Part shown: positions 40,863-51,883 of the stretch, piece by piece
How the letters are laid out: the number at the start of each line of letters is the position of its first letter
How positions within the stretch are numbered: position 1 is the first letter of the stretch
Translations under genes and position numbers: made by a program
Source: Eledone cirrhosa
Lineage: Eukaryota
Direction of reading: 5' to 3'
DNA length: 64,000 bases
NCBI GenBank assembly: GCA_964016885.1
Contig: CAXHJY010000046.1
Location: 111,373-175,372, forward strand
Notes under the pieces: model-generated
The model's input: the letters and a program-made list of their open reading frames with translations, nothing else
Database searches by the model: none
Told to the model about the DNA's origin: nothing

Positions 40863-43800
40863 TTACAGACACATACTCAGAGAAGGCCCATTCATTCGGG
40901 CCATACTTGCTTCTCTCACCCATCTTTCAACAAAATGCTGGGAAGAGAGCACTTCCCCCTCTACCCTGATTTTCCTTTTCAAATGAAATTTGAAAAAGTT
41001 AATCAGGGCATCACCGAAGAGGTAAGTGCTCGTCTTCAGCCCTTTCGAACGTGTCCACCATACTATCTATTTCGCTATGGCCACCAGACAGATAAAAACT
41101 GCCTGCCCTTCCCGGCTAAAGGAAGAGGGCGGGGCAATCCTCACGATGGACTCAGCTGATAGCTGGATCCGTCCTACACGTGACAGCAGGTGTTCGACAT
41201 AAACCCACAAGTCAGCAATGCTCAGACACTGGACGAGTGCGTGCAGGACGGTTTCGTCGCCCTGTGCGCATCTCGGACATGCCCGGCTGACGGCACCTCC
41301 ATGCCTGTAGAGTTTATCCCGAACTGGTAAAGCTCCTCGGTAGCACTGCCAGGCCAGGGATTTCTGGAAGTTGTCCATAGGCCCCGGCCCGAAAGCCCTT
41401 CCAAAGAGATTGGCTAGTTGATTTTCGTCGACGCCTAGAGTTTCTCCAAGTACGTCATCGCTCTTCCCCTCCACTAATCCCCTATAGAACGCCAAGGTGG
41501 AGTTTCCACCGATCACATTGCCCGATTGGTCGAGGGCTGTGAGCGCCTGAAGACATTCCAGACTCCAAGCGCTCCCTCTCGGTCTTCGCTTGACCCAGGA
41601 CTGCAGCTACGTCAAGGAAACGAGCTGGGGAAAAACGTGTCTAGCAAACGGCGACCACACCTGATTACCGTCGAGGAAGAGGTGGAGATGTCGTAGCCTG
41701 AGCGCGTGTCTGCGCATCATCAGCCACGGTATGCCCAGCCCTCCACGTAGCGGGTGTTGACAGCAGATGGACCGCCTGACCATCGGAGCGCGTCCCTTCC
41801 ACAAGAAGCGAAAGAGCAAACGCTCCAGCGCAGTCAGGCGGGGCTTAGGACAAGGTACGACGGTCAGGCGGTAGTAGATGACGGATGCGATGTACGCATT
41901 CGCCACCTCCGCTCGACCTTTCAGGGATAGCTTCCTCTCGGCCCATTTCTGGGTGAGAGAAGCCACCCTTCTCGTCACCTCGTCCCAGTTTTTGTCCGTC
42001 TGGAGGTCTGGACCGAACCAGACCCCTAGCAATTTAACCGGTCCGTCCGTCCAGCGCCCGACGACGCTGTTGGACGGCATGGACCTGCCTCTCCAGGTGC
42101 CGAGCTGCAGCCCCACTGACTTTTCCTGGTTGATCATTGCTCCTGTCACCGCTTCGTATTCTCTTAGTGTAGTGCTGATCGCCTCGATGTGTTTGGCGTT
42201 CGACACCACTACGGTGACATCGTCGGCATATGCTGACACGGATCTTCCGCATCCTAGTTCGCGCGGGACCCCCCTCAACGTCTCCAGTTTGTGCAGTAAT
42301 GGCTCGAGAGTCAATACGTACAATAGGGACGAGAGGGGACATCCTTGGCGGACCGAGCGCATGATGTTGAACGGTTCCGAAAGGTGACCGTTCACTCTCA
42401 CTACAGAGCAGATGTCGCTGTGCATGGCAGCGATCCAGCCTCTGAAGACGGGCCCAAAGCCAGCCGCCCTCAGGACTGCCGCTAGGCAATTTAGATCAGT
42501 CGAAGGCTTTCGACTGATCTAAATTGATCAAAGACCCACCCGTGCCAGGTTCCCTAGCTACCCTCTCTACGATGTATCGCATGAGGTGGAGGTTGTCGTG
42601 GATGGATCTGTCGGGAATGGCGCATGTCTGTGCCTCTCCCACCAGACCACCAACGACAAGCGCCAACCTCTTTGCTAGCACCTTGGCCAAAATCTTGAAC
42701 TCTGTGTTTAGCAGAGTTATGGGCCTAAAATTATCTATGTTATCCCCCTTGTTCGGATCCTTTCTCAGCAGCGCCACCGCTCCTCGGCTCACAGAGCTGG
42801 GAATTCTCCCGTTCTGTTGCCAGTTGCAGTAGACGTCCGCCAAGAGCCCTCCGAACAAGTTTGGCATTTGTACGTAAAGTTCATAGGGCAGACCATCCAA
42901 ACCAGGCGATTTACCCCTTGTGCAACTAGTCATTGCATCCCGTACTTCAGCGGTTGTTATCGGCTTTTCGCAACACTCCGCCTCAGTGGCCGAAAGCCGC
43001 GGCAGTCCGTCGAGGTAGACACTAAAGTCCATCCCTCGATCCGGCCCGCCACTTCCCCCGAACAGTTGAGCGAAGTGTCGCTGAAAAGCTTCACACATTT
43101 TCCCGGGATCGAGTAGCATGCGCCCGTCGTGGTCCACCAAAGACCGGATCGTGGCTTTGTTGCCACGACGCACCTCCGCCACTCGGGCCCATTGAACGGC
43201 TTTCGTCCCCTCGTGTCTGAGAGCACGCACCCTAGCTCTGACAACGCAGCCTTCGTGCTTTGCATTGAAGAATTGGTCAAGGGCCAATTTCGCCGCAAGT
43301 ACGTCGGTCGCGATGCCTTTGCTAAGCGCCTCATCTAATTTTCTAACTAATTCTCCCTCTGCTCTATTTTTCTCTATTGCTAAAGTCTTACTAAACCTAA
43401 TGGACTTTATTCTAATTGCTCTTTTCAGAGCAAACCACCACTTGTTGTTGACGATGGCCCCCGTCAACGCCCGCTTAACTAGTTCGCTAATCCGGTCTCT
43501 GTAGGCTTTGCGCGCTGGTAAGGACGCGTTTAGCTTCCAGTAGCCGGGTCCTCGTATATGAAGCCTATCTAAGTCAAGCACACAGATCACGAATTTGTGG
43601 TCCGTGTAGCTGACTATCTTGAATTGTGGACAGCCTATGCTAGACCTATCTATTTCCCTACAAAATACTCTATCTAGATATGATCTGGATGACCCTATGC
43701 GATTTGTCCAAGTCCACATTGGTACATTCGGGAAATCCATTCGGTACCTGTCAGACAGTTCAAAACGTCTGAGCAGGTTGGTGAGACTCTTGCACCTCCT

Positions 43801-44276
43801 TCCCTTTCCACTAATCCCACACAATCCCAGCGTGCATCTAAGATCCCGTTCCAGTCGCCCACTAACACTAAAGAGCGGGATGTTCCAAGAAAGGTCTCCA
43901 GACGCCGGAAGAAATCAGGCCGCCCTGCTCCTGTCGGGGCATAGACGGCCACTAACCTGAAAGCTTGCCCGTCTCCGCTTGTCACGTCCAGCACCACCAA
44001 CTTACCTTCTGGGTCCAGGAAGATAGCCCGTATGGCAAGATCCAAACCTCTCCGAAAAAGCACAGCAACTCCTCCCCCCGATCCCGGACAGCTGGGAGAT
44101 GCGTACACATCGTAGCCGCCGAAGATCGGTGCGAAAGCCTGTGCTTCGGAGATTCTGGTCTTGCTGATGGCCACTACATCTATGTTTAGTTACCTGAGGT
44201 CGTTGAGCAGGTGGCCCTGCTTCCATGACGACCCCAAGCCACGCGCATTTATGCTGCCTATTCTGAGTGAGGTCAT
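40863..44276 (-). pseudogene. Tx1-type ORF2 (APE endonuclease, reverse transcriptase, C-terminal Cys motif), disrupted
   Basis: Motifs MTSLRIGSINARGLG, LVAVYAP, LVGDWN, SYLDRVF, YTDHK, KSPGLDG, NFRPITLLN, LDQSKAFD, VRQGCPLS, YADD, CPRC..ETVLHALVQC. Stops or frameshifts near 44,190, 43,820, 42,496, 41,607 and 41,067. Confidence 0.93.
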
Positions 44277-44310
44277 GTTGAAAAGGAGTGGAAAAGATGG
44301 GAAAGACCAC

Positions 44311-46304
44311 TTACCTTACTTCTCGTAGGGGAAGGAAGGTTTTTCCATCCTTTTCACTGCTTGTGGCCTCCTCAGGAAGGATGTCCTTATAAATCCTCCT
44401 GGAATGTGCTTGTCGGAAGTCTCCGATGTCTTTGGGGAATTTTTGTTTTAGTGTCATGTACGTTTTCTGTGTGATGCGAGTGATTTGTATGTGTGGAGGT
44501 GGTGTGAATTTTGGGGTTGTTGTGTAGTCTTTTTCTGTGATGCTGGTGTTGTGTTGGATGTAGTGTAATAATTGCTTGTTGTTCAAATTTAATGCTGTGT
44601 AGTGTGTATCGTTTTGGTTTTGTTTTGTTTGCGTTTGTTGTGGGTTTGTTTCTGTTTCGCATTTTGGTGACTTTTGTGGTGTAGGTGATGGTGGTGCTGG
44701 GTTTAATGATGGTGATGGTGTTGGTGTTTGGGTTGATGGGGTTGGTGATGCTGGTGTGGATGGTGGCATATCTGTCCTAACTTTTTTGTTTCTTAATTTA
44801 TTTGTTTCCCTTTGTATTTTGTTTTTGGAGGGGGAAGGAAGAGAATTTTTTCTTTTTTGGTTTCTTCTTTTTTTTCCGGATATCGTTTCCCACTCCTCGT
44901 CGTCACAATCTGTCTCCAGTTGTGATAGCCGGGGAGTGGAAAATCCTCCACAGCCGTTAGTTTTGGTTGTGGTGTGGTGGATGGTGTAGGCGCTGGTGCT
45001 AGTTCTGAAGCGTTGGGTGGTGGTGGTGTTGGTTTTGCTGGTGGTGGTAGTGGTGTTGGTTTTGCTACTGTTGTTGGGGTTGTTGCTGTTATAGTTGCTT
45101 CTGTTGTTGCTGCTACAGTTGTTGCTGCCATCTCTGCTACTGGTGGTGTTGATGGTTGTGTCACTGGGGTGGGTAGGAGAGGTGGCCTCAACCTTTTAGC
45201 CTGAGGGCAGAAAGCCCTTAGGTGGGTTCCTTCACCACAAACGACACACCTAGGTCTTCTGCCCTCGACAATTACCGTGAGGTGGCTGCCGTCAGTGAGG
45301 TCTATTACCTCTGGGATCTCCTGAATGCTTTTTTGGTCCGCTTGGATCAGGAGCTCCATCCCAGATCCGGACCAGTTTTCCTGCTTTTCTTTTGCTATTG
45401 CTATTATTTTCGTGTTGGCTTCGATGCCGGCGAGGACAACCGCTATTAGCCAGGGAATTTCGATGGCCGGTAGAACGTGGGTCACCCTGATCTTTACGAG
45501 TCTCTGGCCACAATAGCGAGTGTGAAGTCGTCACTTTTTAATGGGGCCATGGAGTGTTCTCTAGCCTCCTCTGGTGTTTCAAAGAACACATCCACGGTTC
45601 CATACTTTTGCCCACGTCTGATGTGGGTTTTTCTTGCCCACACATGTCCCAAAGCTTTTTGGATTTGGGACTCGGATGCCCGTTCCACTCGGCGCGATTT
45701 TACATTTATTGTTCTATACGACACGGTGCATAGGCGCCGATGCTCCATTTTATTAGGTGGGGGGGGGGGGGGTGAGGCTGACCCTGTACCCATCTTTCTT
45801 TACCAATTGTTTGGCATTTTCTAAATCCTCCTGAGTTACCGTGAATGCTTCAAACTGTTTTGCTACTATGGCGAAACTGAGGGTCGGTTTTATAATGTCA
45901 TTGTTGTTGTTGTTGCTATCGTTATTTGTGTTAATATTAATTTTAGTTTCAGTTGTGGTGGTGGTGACGTCAGTCGTCTTTGGTGGGGAAGAGTCCATTT
46001 TGCTTGATTTCATTTCGACATCACGAGGTAATTTATTTTTTTCTTCTTTTGTTTCTGTTGTCGCGGTGGTGGTGGGGGTGGGGGTTGTCGCGGTGGTGGT
46101 GGTGGTGGTGGAGGCTTTAACACCTGCAGTCATTGGTAATGGCAGGAAATGAATGTCTGCCTGAGACAAATTTAAAATATTGCTACTGCTTATATTTTTT
46201 TTTGTGTTGGCAAACGTAGTAACATTTACAATGGTGGTGTCGGTGTGAGGTGTTAATTTGTGAGGAAGGCTTTCAGCTGCTTGTTGCAGAGGTGAATTAG
46301 CCAT
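44311..46304 (-). pseudogene. Tx1-type ORF1 (gag-like, CX2CX4HX4C knuckle, long Thr/Pro-rich tracts), frameshifted
   Basis: Starts MANSPLQQ at 46,304. Contains CVVCGEGTHLRAFC. Pieces lie in different frames, one break at the G run near 45,760. Ends just upstream of the ORF2 ATG. Confidence 0.8.
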
Positions 46305-46511
46305 TTTTTTCAAAGAAATTTTTTGATAATAATAAAAGTTTAAATTTTGGGCACAAGGCCCCAATCTTTTTGGGTGTCCTTTTCGGAAAACAATGTATGT
46401 GCGCTTATAAACAGTTAACAATAAAATTTTCCATAAATGACAATTTTTAACAAACGGAAATAACAAACCTTTGCGGAGCTCACGATGATACGATTTACTA
46501 CGTAGGTCGCC

Positions 46512-46535
46512 AATAATAATAATAATAATAATAAT
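46512..46535. repeat. (AAT)8 flanking the Tx1 5' end
   Basis: Direct observation. Confidence 0.97.
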
Positions 46536-46730
46536 ACAAGCAAACATAATAAAAAATGGGTGCAGCCCATTATGCCGTGTATGCAAAAAACAACCAGAGA
46601 CCATTGACCATATAATTTCAATGTGCAGTCCTATAGCTCCAACCGAATACCTAAACAGGCATGACAGAGCTGCACAATACATACATTGGATAATGTGTAA
46701 GCATTTTGACCTGCCCCATCAAAAGAATTG
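46536..46730 (+). mobile_element. Internal fragment of R4-type family B (CCHC/RHD region)
   Basis: Collinear with about 47,542-47,738, with scattered substitutions. Confidence 0.9.
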
Positions 46731-46754
46731 ATACGATTTACTACGTAGGTCGCC
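46730..46754 (-). mobile_element. 25-bp second copy of the Tx1 5' terminus
   Basis: GATACGATTTACTACGTAGGTCGCC is identical to 46,487-46,511 and is again followed by (AAT)n. Confidence 0.9.

Positions 46755-46793
<39 letters not shown>
46755..46793. repeat. (AAT)13 microsatellite
   Basis: Direct observation. Confidence 0.98.
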
Positions 46794-48291
46794 CAAGAGG
46801 AAACTTACAAATATCTAGGTGTTTGTAAAGGAGACTGAATCAAGCACTCGGCAATGAGGGAAAAGATAAGGAAGGAATGTTACCGCAGAGTAAGAGCAAT
46901 CTTAAGAACGGAATTGAATGCAAGGAATAGGATCGATGCCATAAACATGCTTGCCATACCAGTAGTAACCTACAGTTACAATGTCATCAACTGGTCAAGC
47001 ACAGAGATCCGTTGGCTCGATACAAAAATTAGAAAATTCTTAACCATGCACAGAATGCATCACCCTAAGGCAGATACAGATAGAATATATCTCACTAGGA
47101 AAGAAGGAGGACGTGGGTTAATCCAGTTAGACATTGCGTTGAAAACTGCAACAATTGGATTATCTACATATCTAAGGGAATCACATGATTGGATGATCAA
47201 ACTCGTTTTGAAACACGAAAGCATCAAAAGATCATACTCCATTACAAAAGATGCACAAAGATACAATAATGGACTACAAATTTCAGAAGTCCCATTTACT
47301 GCTGAAATTGAAAACACAGAAAAAGTAAAGCAGGTAAAAGTAACTGCAAAGAAAGAACTGCTTCAGAAACTGGCTAAGAAATGGCAAGAAAAGCCTCTGT
47401 ATGGAAAATACCCAGAAAGAGCTAACAATCCTGATGTTGACAAAACTTTAACACACCAGTGGTTGACATCCTCTGGACTGAAATCGGAGACCGAAGGAGT
47501 GATTATATCAGCACAAGGTCAGAGTCTGCCAACAAAAAATTACCAACCCAACATAATAAAAAATGGATGCAACCCATTATGCCGTGTATGTAAAAAACAA
47601 CCAGAGACCATTGATCATATAATTTCAATGTGCAGTGCTATAGCTCCAACCGAATACCTAAATAGGCATGACAGAGCTGCACAATACATACATTGGATAA
47701 TGTTTAAGCATTTTGACCTGCCCCATCAAAAGAATTGGTGGGAGCATCAACCACCTCCCATACTTGAAAAAGATCACATCTTAATCTTGTGGAACTTTAG
47801 CATCCAAACAGACCGAAAAATAGATGCAAATAGACCTGATATAATACTGAAGGACTTTAAAAAGAGGGTATGCCTGCTAATTGATATGTCCGTTCCAATA
47901 GACAAGAATGTATCTATAAAAACATTTGAAAAATTGAGCAAGTATAAGGACCTGGAGATAGAAATTGGAAAAATGTGGAAATTGAGAACTAAAATAATAC
48001 CAGTGGTTGTAGGCGCTCTGGGAATGATACCTAAGGGGTCTAATGACTACTTATCGCAAATCCCAGGAAACCAGCTTATAGGAGAAATAAAAAAAGATAG
48101 TACTAATGGGAACTGCCCATATACTAAGGAAGATTCTGTCAATATAAGTACATCACAAGTCTAAACACCTAAAGATGCATGTGTGTGTATGTATGTTCTT
48201 TCTTGAACATGGCGGATCTTGTTGTCTCTTGAGATCACTGGTTGTGACTTGGTGATAACTCGTATGAACATAAAGCAATATAAATGCAACT
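46794..48291 (+). mobile_element. 5'-truncated R4/Dong-type retrotransposon, family B (distinct from family A)
   Basis: YKYLG at the 5' edge. The 436-aa ORF 46,854-48,164 has RIYLTRKEGGRGL, CRVCKKQPETIDHIISMC, RHD, RPDII..D..KLSKY and IPVVVGALG. (AAT)n on both sides. Confidence 0.93.
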
Positions 48292-48314
48292 ATAATAATA
48301 ATAATAATAATAAT
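48292..48314. repeat. (AAT)n shared by the 3' ends of R4-B (+) and Tx1 (-)
   Basis: Direct observation. Confidence 0.97.
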
Positions 48315-49576
48315 GCTTTCTTTTTTAACCACAAGGGTTTACATAAAGTAGACATTAAGGACAGTACAGGACAATACAGGACGGTACAAATGGGTATTTC
48401 TGCGTGTAACCCCCCCCCCCCCAAAAAAAAAACATAGGATGTAATAAAAGAAACATGAAATATTCCCCAATAGGGGGGAGACTTCCGAGGGCCATCGTGG
48501 AAAAAGCCCATTAAAAAAAGCCACGGAGACCCTGACCACCGGGGCAAATGTCCTCTACCAGTTTTCCACCTTCAATTTACAGGCATATACTCAGAGTATT
48601 CACTCGGGCCATTCTTGCCTCTCTCACCCATCTTTCTACAAAAAGCTGGGAAGAGAGCACTTCCCTCTCTACCCTGATTTTCCTTTTCAAATGAAATTGG
48701 AAAAAGTTAATCAGGGCATCACCGAAGAGGTAAGTGCTCGCCTTCAGCCCTTTCAGACGCGTCCACCATACTATCTCTTTCGCCATGGCCACCAGACAGA
48801 TAACAATTGCCTGCCCTTCCCGGCTAAAGGAAGAGGGCGGGAAATCCTCACGATGAACTCAGCTAATAGTCGGATCCGTTCTACACGCGACAGCAGGTGT
48901 TTGACATAAACCGACAAGTCAGCAATGCTCGGACACTGGACGAGTGCATGCAGGACGGTTTCGTCGTCCTGCGCGCATCTCGGACATGCTCGACTGACAG
49001 CACCTCCATGCCTGTAGAGTTTATCGCGAACTGGCAAAGCTCCTCGGTAGCACTGCCAGGCCAGGGATTTCTGGAAGTTGTCCATAGGCCCCGTCCGGAA
49101 AGTTCTTCCAAAGAGATTGCCTGACCGTCGTGCCTTGTCCTAAGCCTCGCCTGACTGCGCTGGAGCGTTTGCTCTTTCGCTTTTTGTGGAAGGGACGTGC
49201 TCCGATGGCCAGGCGGTCCATCTGCTGTCAACACCTGCTACGTCGAGGGCTGGGCATACCGTGGCTGATGATGCGCAGACACGCGCTCAGGCTACGACAT
49301 CTCCACCTCTTCCTCGACGGTGATCAGGTGTGGTCGCCGTTTGCTAGACGCGTCTCTCCCCAGCTCATCTCCTTGACGGAGCTGCAGTCCTGGGTCAAGC
49401 GAAGACCGAGAGGGAGCGCTTGGAGACTGGAATGTCTTCAGGTGTTCACAGCCCTCGACCAATCGGGCAATGTGATCAGTGGAAATGCCACCTTGGCGTT
49501 CTATAGCGGATTAGTGGAGGGGAAGAGCAACGACGTACTTGGGGAAACTCTAGGGGTCGACGAAAATCAACTAGCC
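48315..49576 (-). mobile_element. 5'-truncated, 5'-inverted copy of the young Tx1-type element
   Basis: 48,315-49,119 matches 40,618-41,412 in the same orientation. 49,120-49,576 is the reverse complement of about 41,412-41,868. (AAT)7 follows at 49,577-49,597. Confidence 0.93.
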
Positions 49577-49679
49577 AATAATAATAATAATAATAATATA
49601 GAGCATCATTTTTTTATATTACGTTTATTTTTTAATATTTCATATTGAATGTCGGTGCCCTTAATCCAGCGAGGTTCAC

Positions 49680-50370
49680 AACAATTGCCCAGTGTGTCCA
49701 TGCGATAAAATCACTTTTCCTTGCACGCCATGTAGTAATCCTTGTAGTTGTTGCATCTGTGACGCATGCTTGCGATTTATCAACCTCGTTATACTGGATT
49801 CTGGCCTTTGATTAGCACCCCAATTAGTTGAAAACATTCCTTCCACCAACAACAGAAGTGCTCTATATTCCAATGTGGTCAAATAAAAGTTGGGCAAGAC
49901 TCGATGTATGGTCAAGCGTAATGTACACCGGATGCGATCTTCTCATTTGGCAATTTTACCCGACTTTTCAGATTAGTTTCTTCGCCGTCATTTTCTAGGT
50001 GAGATTAGCTATCCTCATCGTTGCTTCTTCCCATTTCATATCATTACCTGATTTCCACCGAACAAGAAAAGATACAAGCTTAACCCATAATACCTTGGAT
50101 ATGTGCCATCTCCCTTAGTTTTGGGTTGATCCAAACTTTGTGCGTGAAATTGGGTAAGAAGAAATTATGTGGAGACAGCTACTCAGATGTCCTTATTCTT
50201 TACAAATTAGAACACTTGTTTTAATACCATCATTTACCCGAGGTTAGTTTAAATATATGGTCTGCAACGAATTCTTATTTGCCGATGCACATCATTCTAC
50301 TGCAGCATCATAGCCAGTTTGCCGGCTTTCCTCTTTATGTCTTTCTCACCAATCTCAGAGGACTTACAAA
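49680..50370 (-). mobile_element. Old decayed Tx1/L1-type RT fragment
   Basis: Minus-strand translation gives an ADH remnant near 50,260 (YADD position), VKL, KWEEATMRIANLT, IASGVHY, LTTLE and RKHASQMQQL. These are collinear with NWDEVTRRVASLT, IASVIYY, LTALE and RRHALRLRHL of the young copy. Confidence 0.6.
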
Positions 50371-50899
50371 AAACCAACACTAAGCCACTGACTAAGCCAT
50401 TAAAAAATGTACCATTAATATCTAATTACTGATGAATCAATTGACTAATACTTACGCCAATCAAAATTACTTCGCCACATCATTTGTTATTTTTTTTCTC
50501 TCTTTCTTTTTAATTTTATTTACAAAATAATCGATATTTGGTGCTGCTGAATGCATTTTGTTTTTGTTTCTTATATACCACACTCCTACATCATGTCTAC
50601 ACTCCTACGTGATGCTTTATTGTTTTCCCAGCAATAAGTTGATGTCATATATCTTCCTGATGTTAGAAATCAATCATAAACAAGCGATGTTCATCTTAAA
50701 TTCGTCTCCACGAGTCATTTATTCACTTAGATTTTCACAAAATTAACATTTAGTTTGGGTTATGATCAATGTATGAAAAGAATGGAGGAGAGAATGAATC
50801 TTGAATATACCGGTATACAAAAAAAATATTTGTTTATTCAACATAGAGCAAACCCTCTGGGACTTCTAGATGCGCTTACGATTAATCGTTTGAAGAGCC

Positions 50900-51550
50900 A
50901 ATGTAGAAAGTGACAGCTTTCCCTAACGTCTATCCACAAACAGCAGTCGACGACGATTGATTGTATATAATACGACCGACACGTACCACAATATGAACGT
51001 GGTTATATTTATGTATAAACCAAAACGCCGATTCTTACTGGGATACAATAAATATCCTTTGTCGATTATCGCAATAATCTTATGGGGATTAGGAATGGGG
51101 TTCTGTCGGAAAAATGTCCATATTTTGTTGCCAATCGTAAAAGGACTATTGATTAGAAAACAAAAACGAGTATTTTTGGCCTGTCTATCACCCAATTTTC
51201 CTATGGCAAAGCCATCGGAAACAGAATATGGCTAATAAATACATAATCAATATAAAAAGATAAAGATTTCTCGAAACCTCCATTTTGTGAAGAAACTATC
51301 ATATTTACCATGCTCGTGTGAATGAAGAATGTCACTTCTTTCGCAGCTGCTCGCAATATCCGCACGACACCACGTTCCAATGAGACATGTCTTTGTGCCA
51401 TTCGTTGCGGTTCTCTTCGCTCAAATGTCAACTACGTGAACATTTCTTTCAACATTTCGAGGTCCATAAATAATGCACCAGTCAATTCTTCCTGTATCCC
51501 ATACATGACTATGACATAACTATTACCTAAGACTATTTCTATACGTATAC
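50900..51550 (-). mobile_element. Possible highly decayed APE-endonuclease remnant of a LINE
   Basis: YIDYVFISH and PHKII resemble the APE motifs (S)xIDxxF and S/TDH; several stops and frameshifts; weak evidence. Confidence 0.3.
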
Positions 51551-51698
51551 CTACATTCACGCATCATTAAATCACTCATGTAGTCACAAACACCTTGACA
51601 CGTCTAGACTCAAAGAGTCTTGTCAATTTCTGAGTGAATTCAGAGAAGATATTTCAAGAAAAAGAATACTCTCACATTTGTGATGTGTATTATACATC

Positions 51699-51858
51699 TG
51701 GATAATAGGTTCACATGTAGTACATACATGTGGATAATAGGTTCACATGTAGTACATACATGTGGATAATAGGTTCACATGTAGTACATACATGTGGATA
51801 ATAGGTTCACATCAAGTACATACATGTGGATAATAGGTTCACATGTAGTACATACATG
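51699..51858. repeat. 32-bp minisatellite, 5 copies (TGGATAATAGGTTCACATGTAGTACATACATG)
   Basis: Five near-perfect tandem copies. Confidence 0.95.
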
Positions 51859-51883
51859 TCTTTATATATGTATGTAAATATAC

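Larger units (their letters stand above)
40618..46511 (-). mobile_element. Full-length (~5.9 kb) Tx1/L1-clade non-LTR retrotransposon inserted in (ATT)n
   Basis: 5' end GGCGACCTACG follows (ATT)n. ORF1 has a zinc knuckle; ORF2 has APE, RT and Cys domains. 3' end AATAAAGAAAAC is followed by (ATT)n. Confidence 0.95.

Noticed and set aside
37264-49234. Many antisense and alternate-frame ORFs over the retrotransposons
   Set aside because: Shadows of the RT-coding frames with no independent motifs
50923-51235. Transporter-like or membrane-protein exon (IGKLGDR)
   Set aside because: The motif is incomplete, there is no convincing exon structure, and a decayed LINE explanation is at least as good
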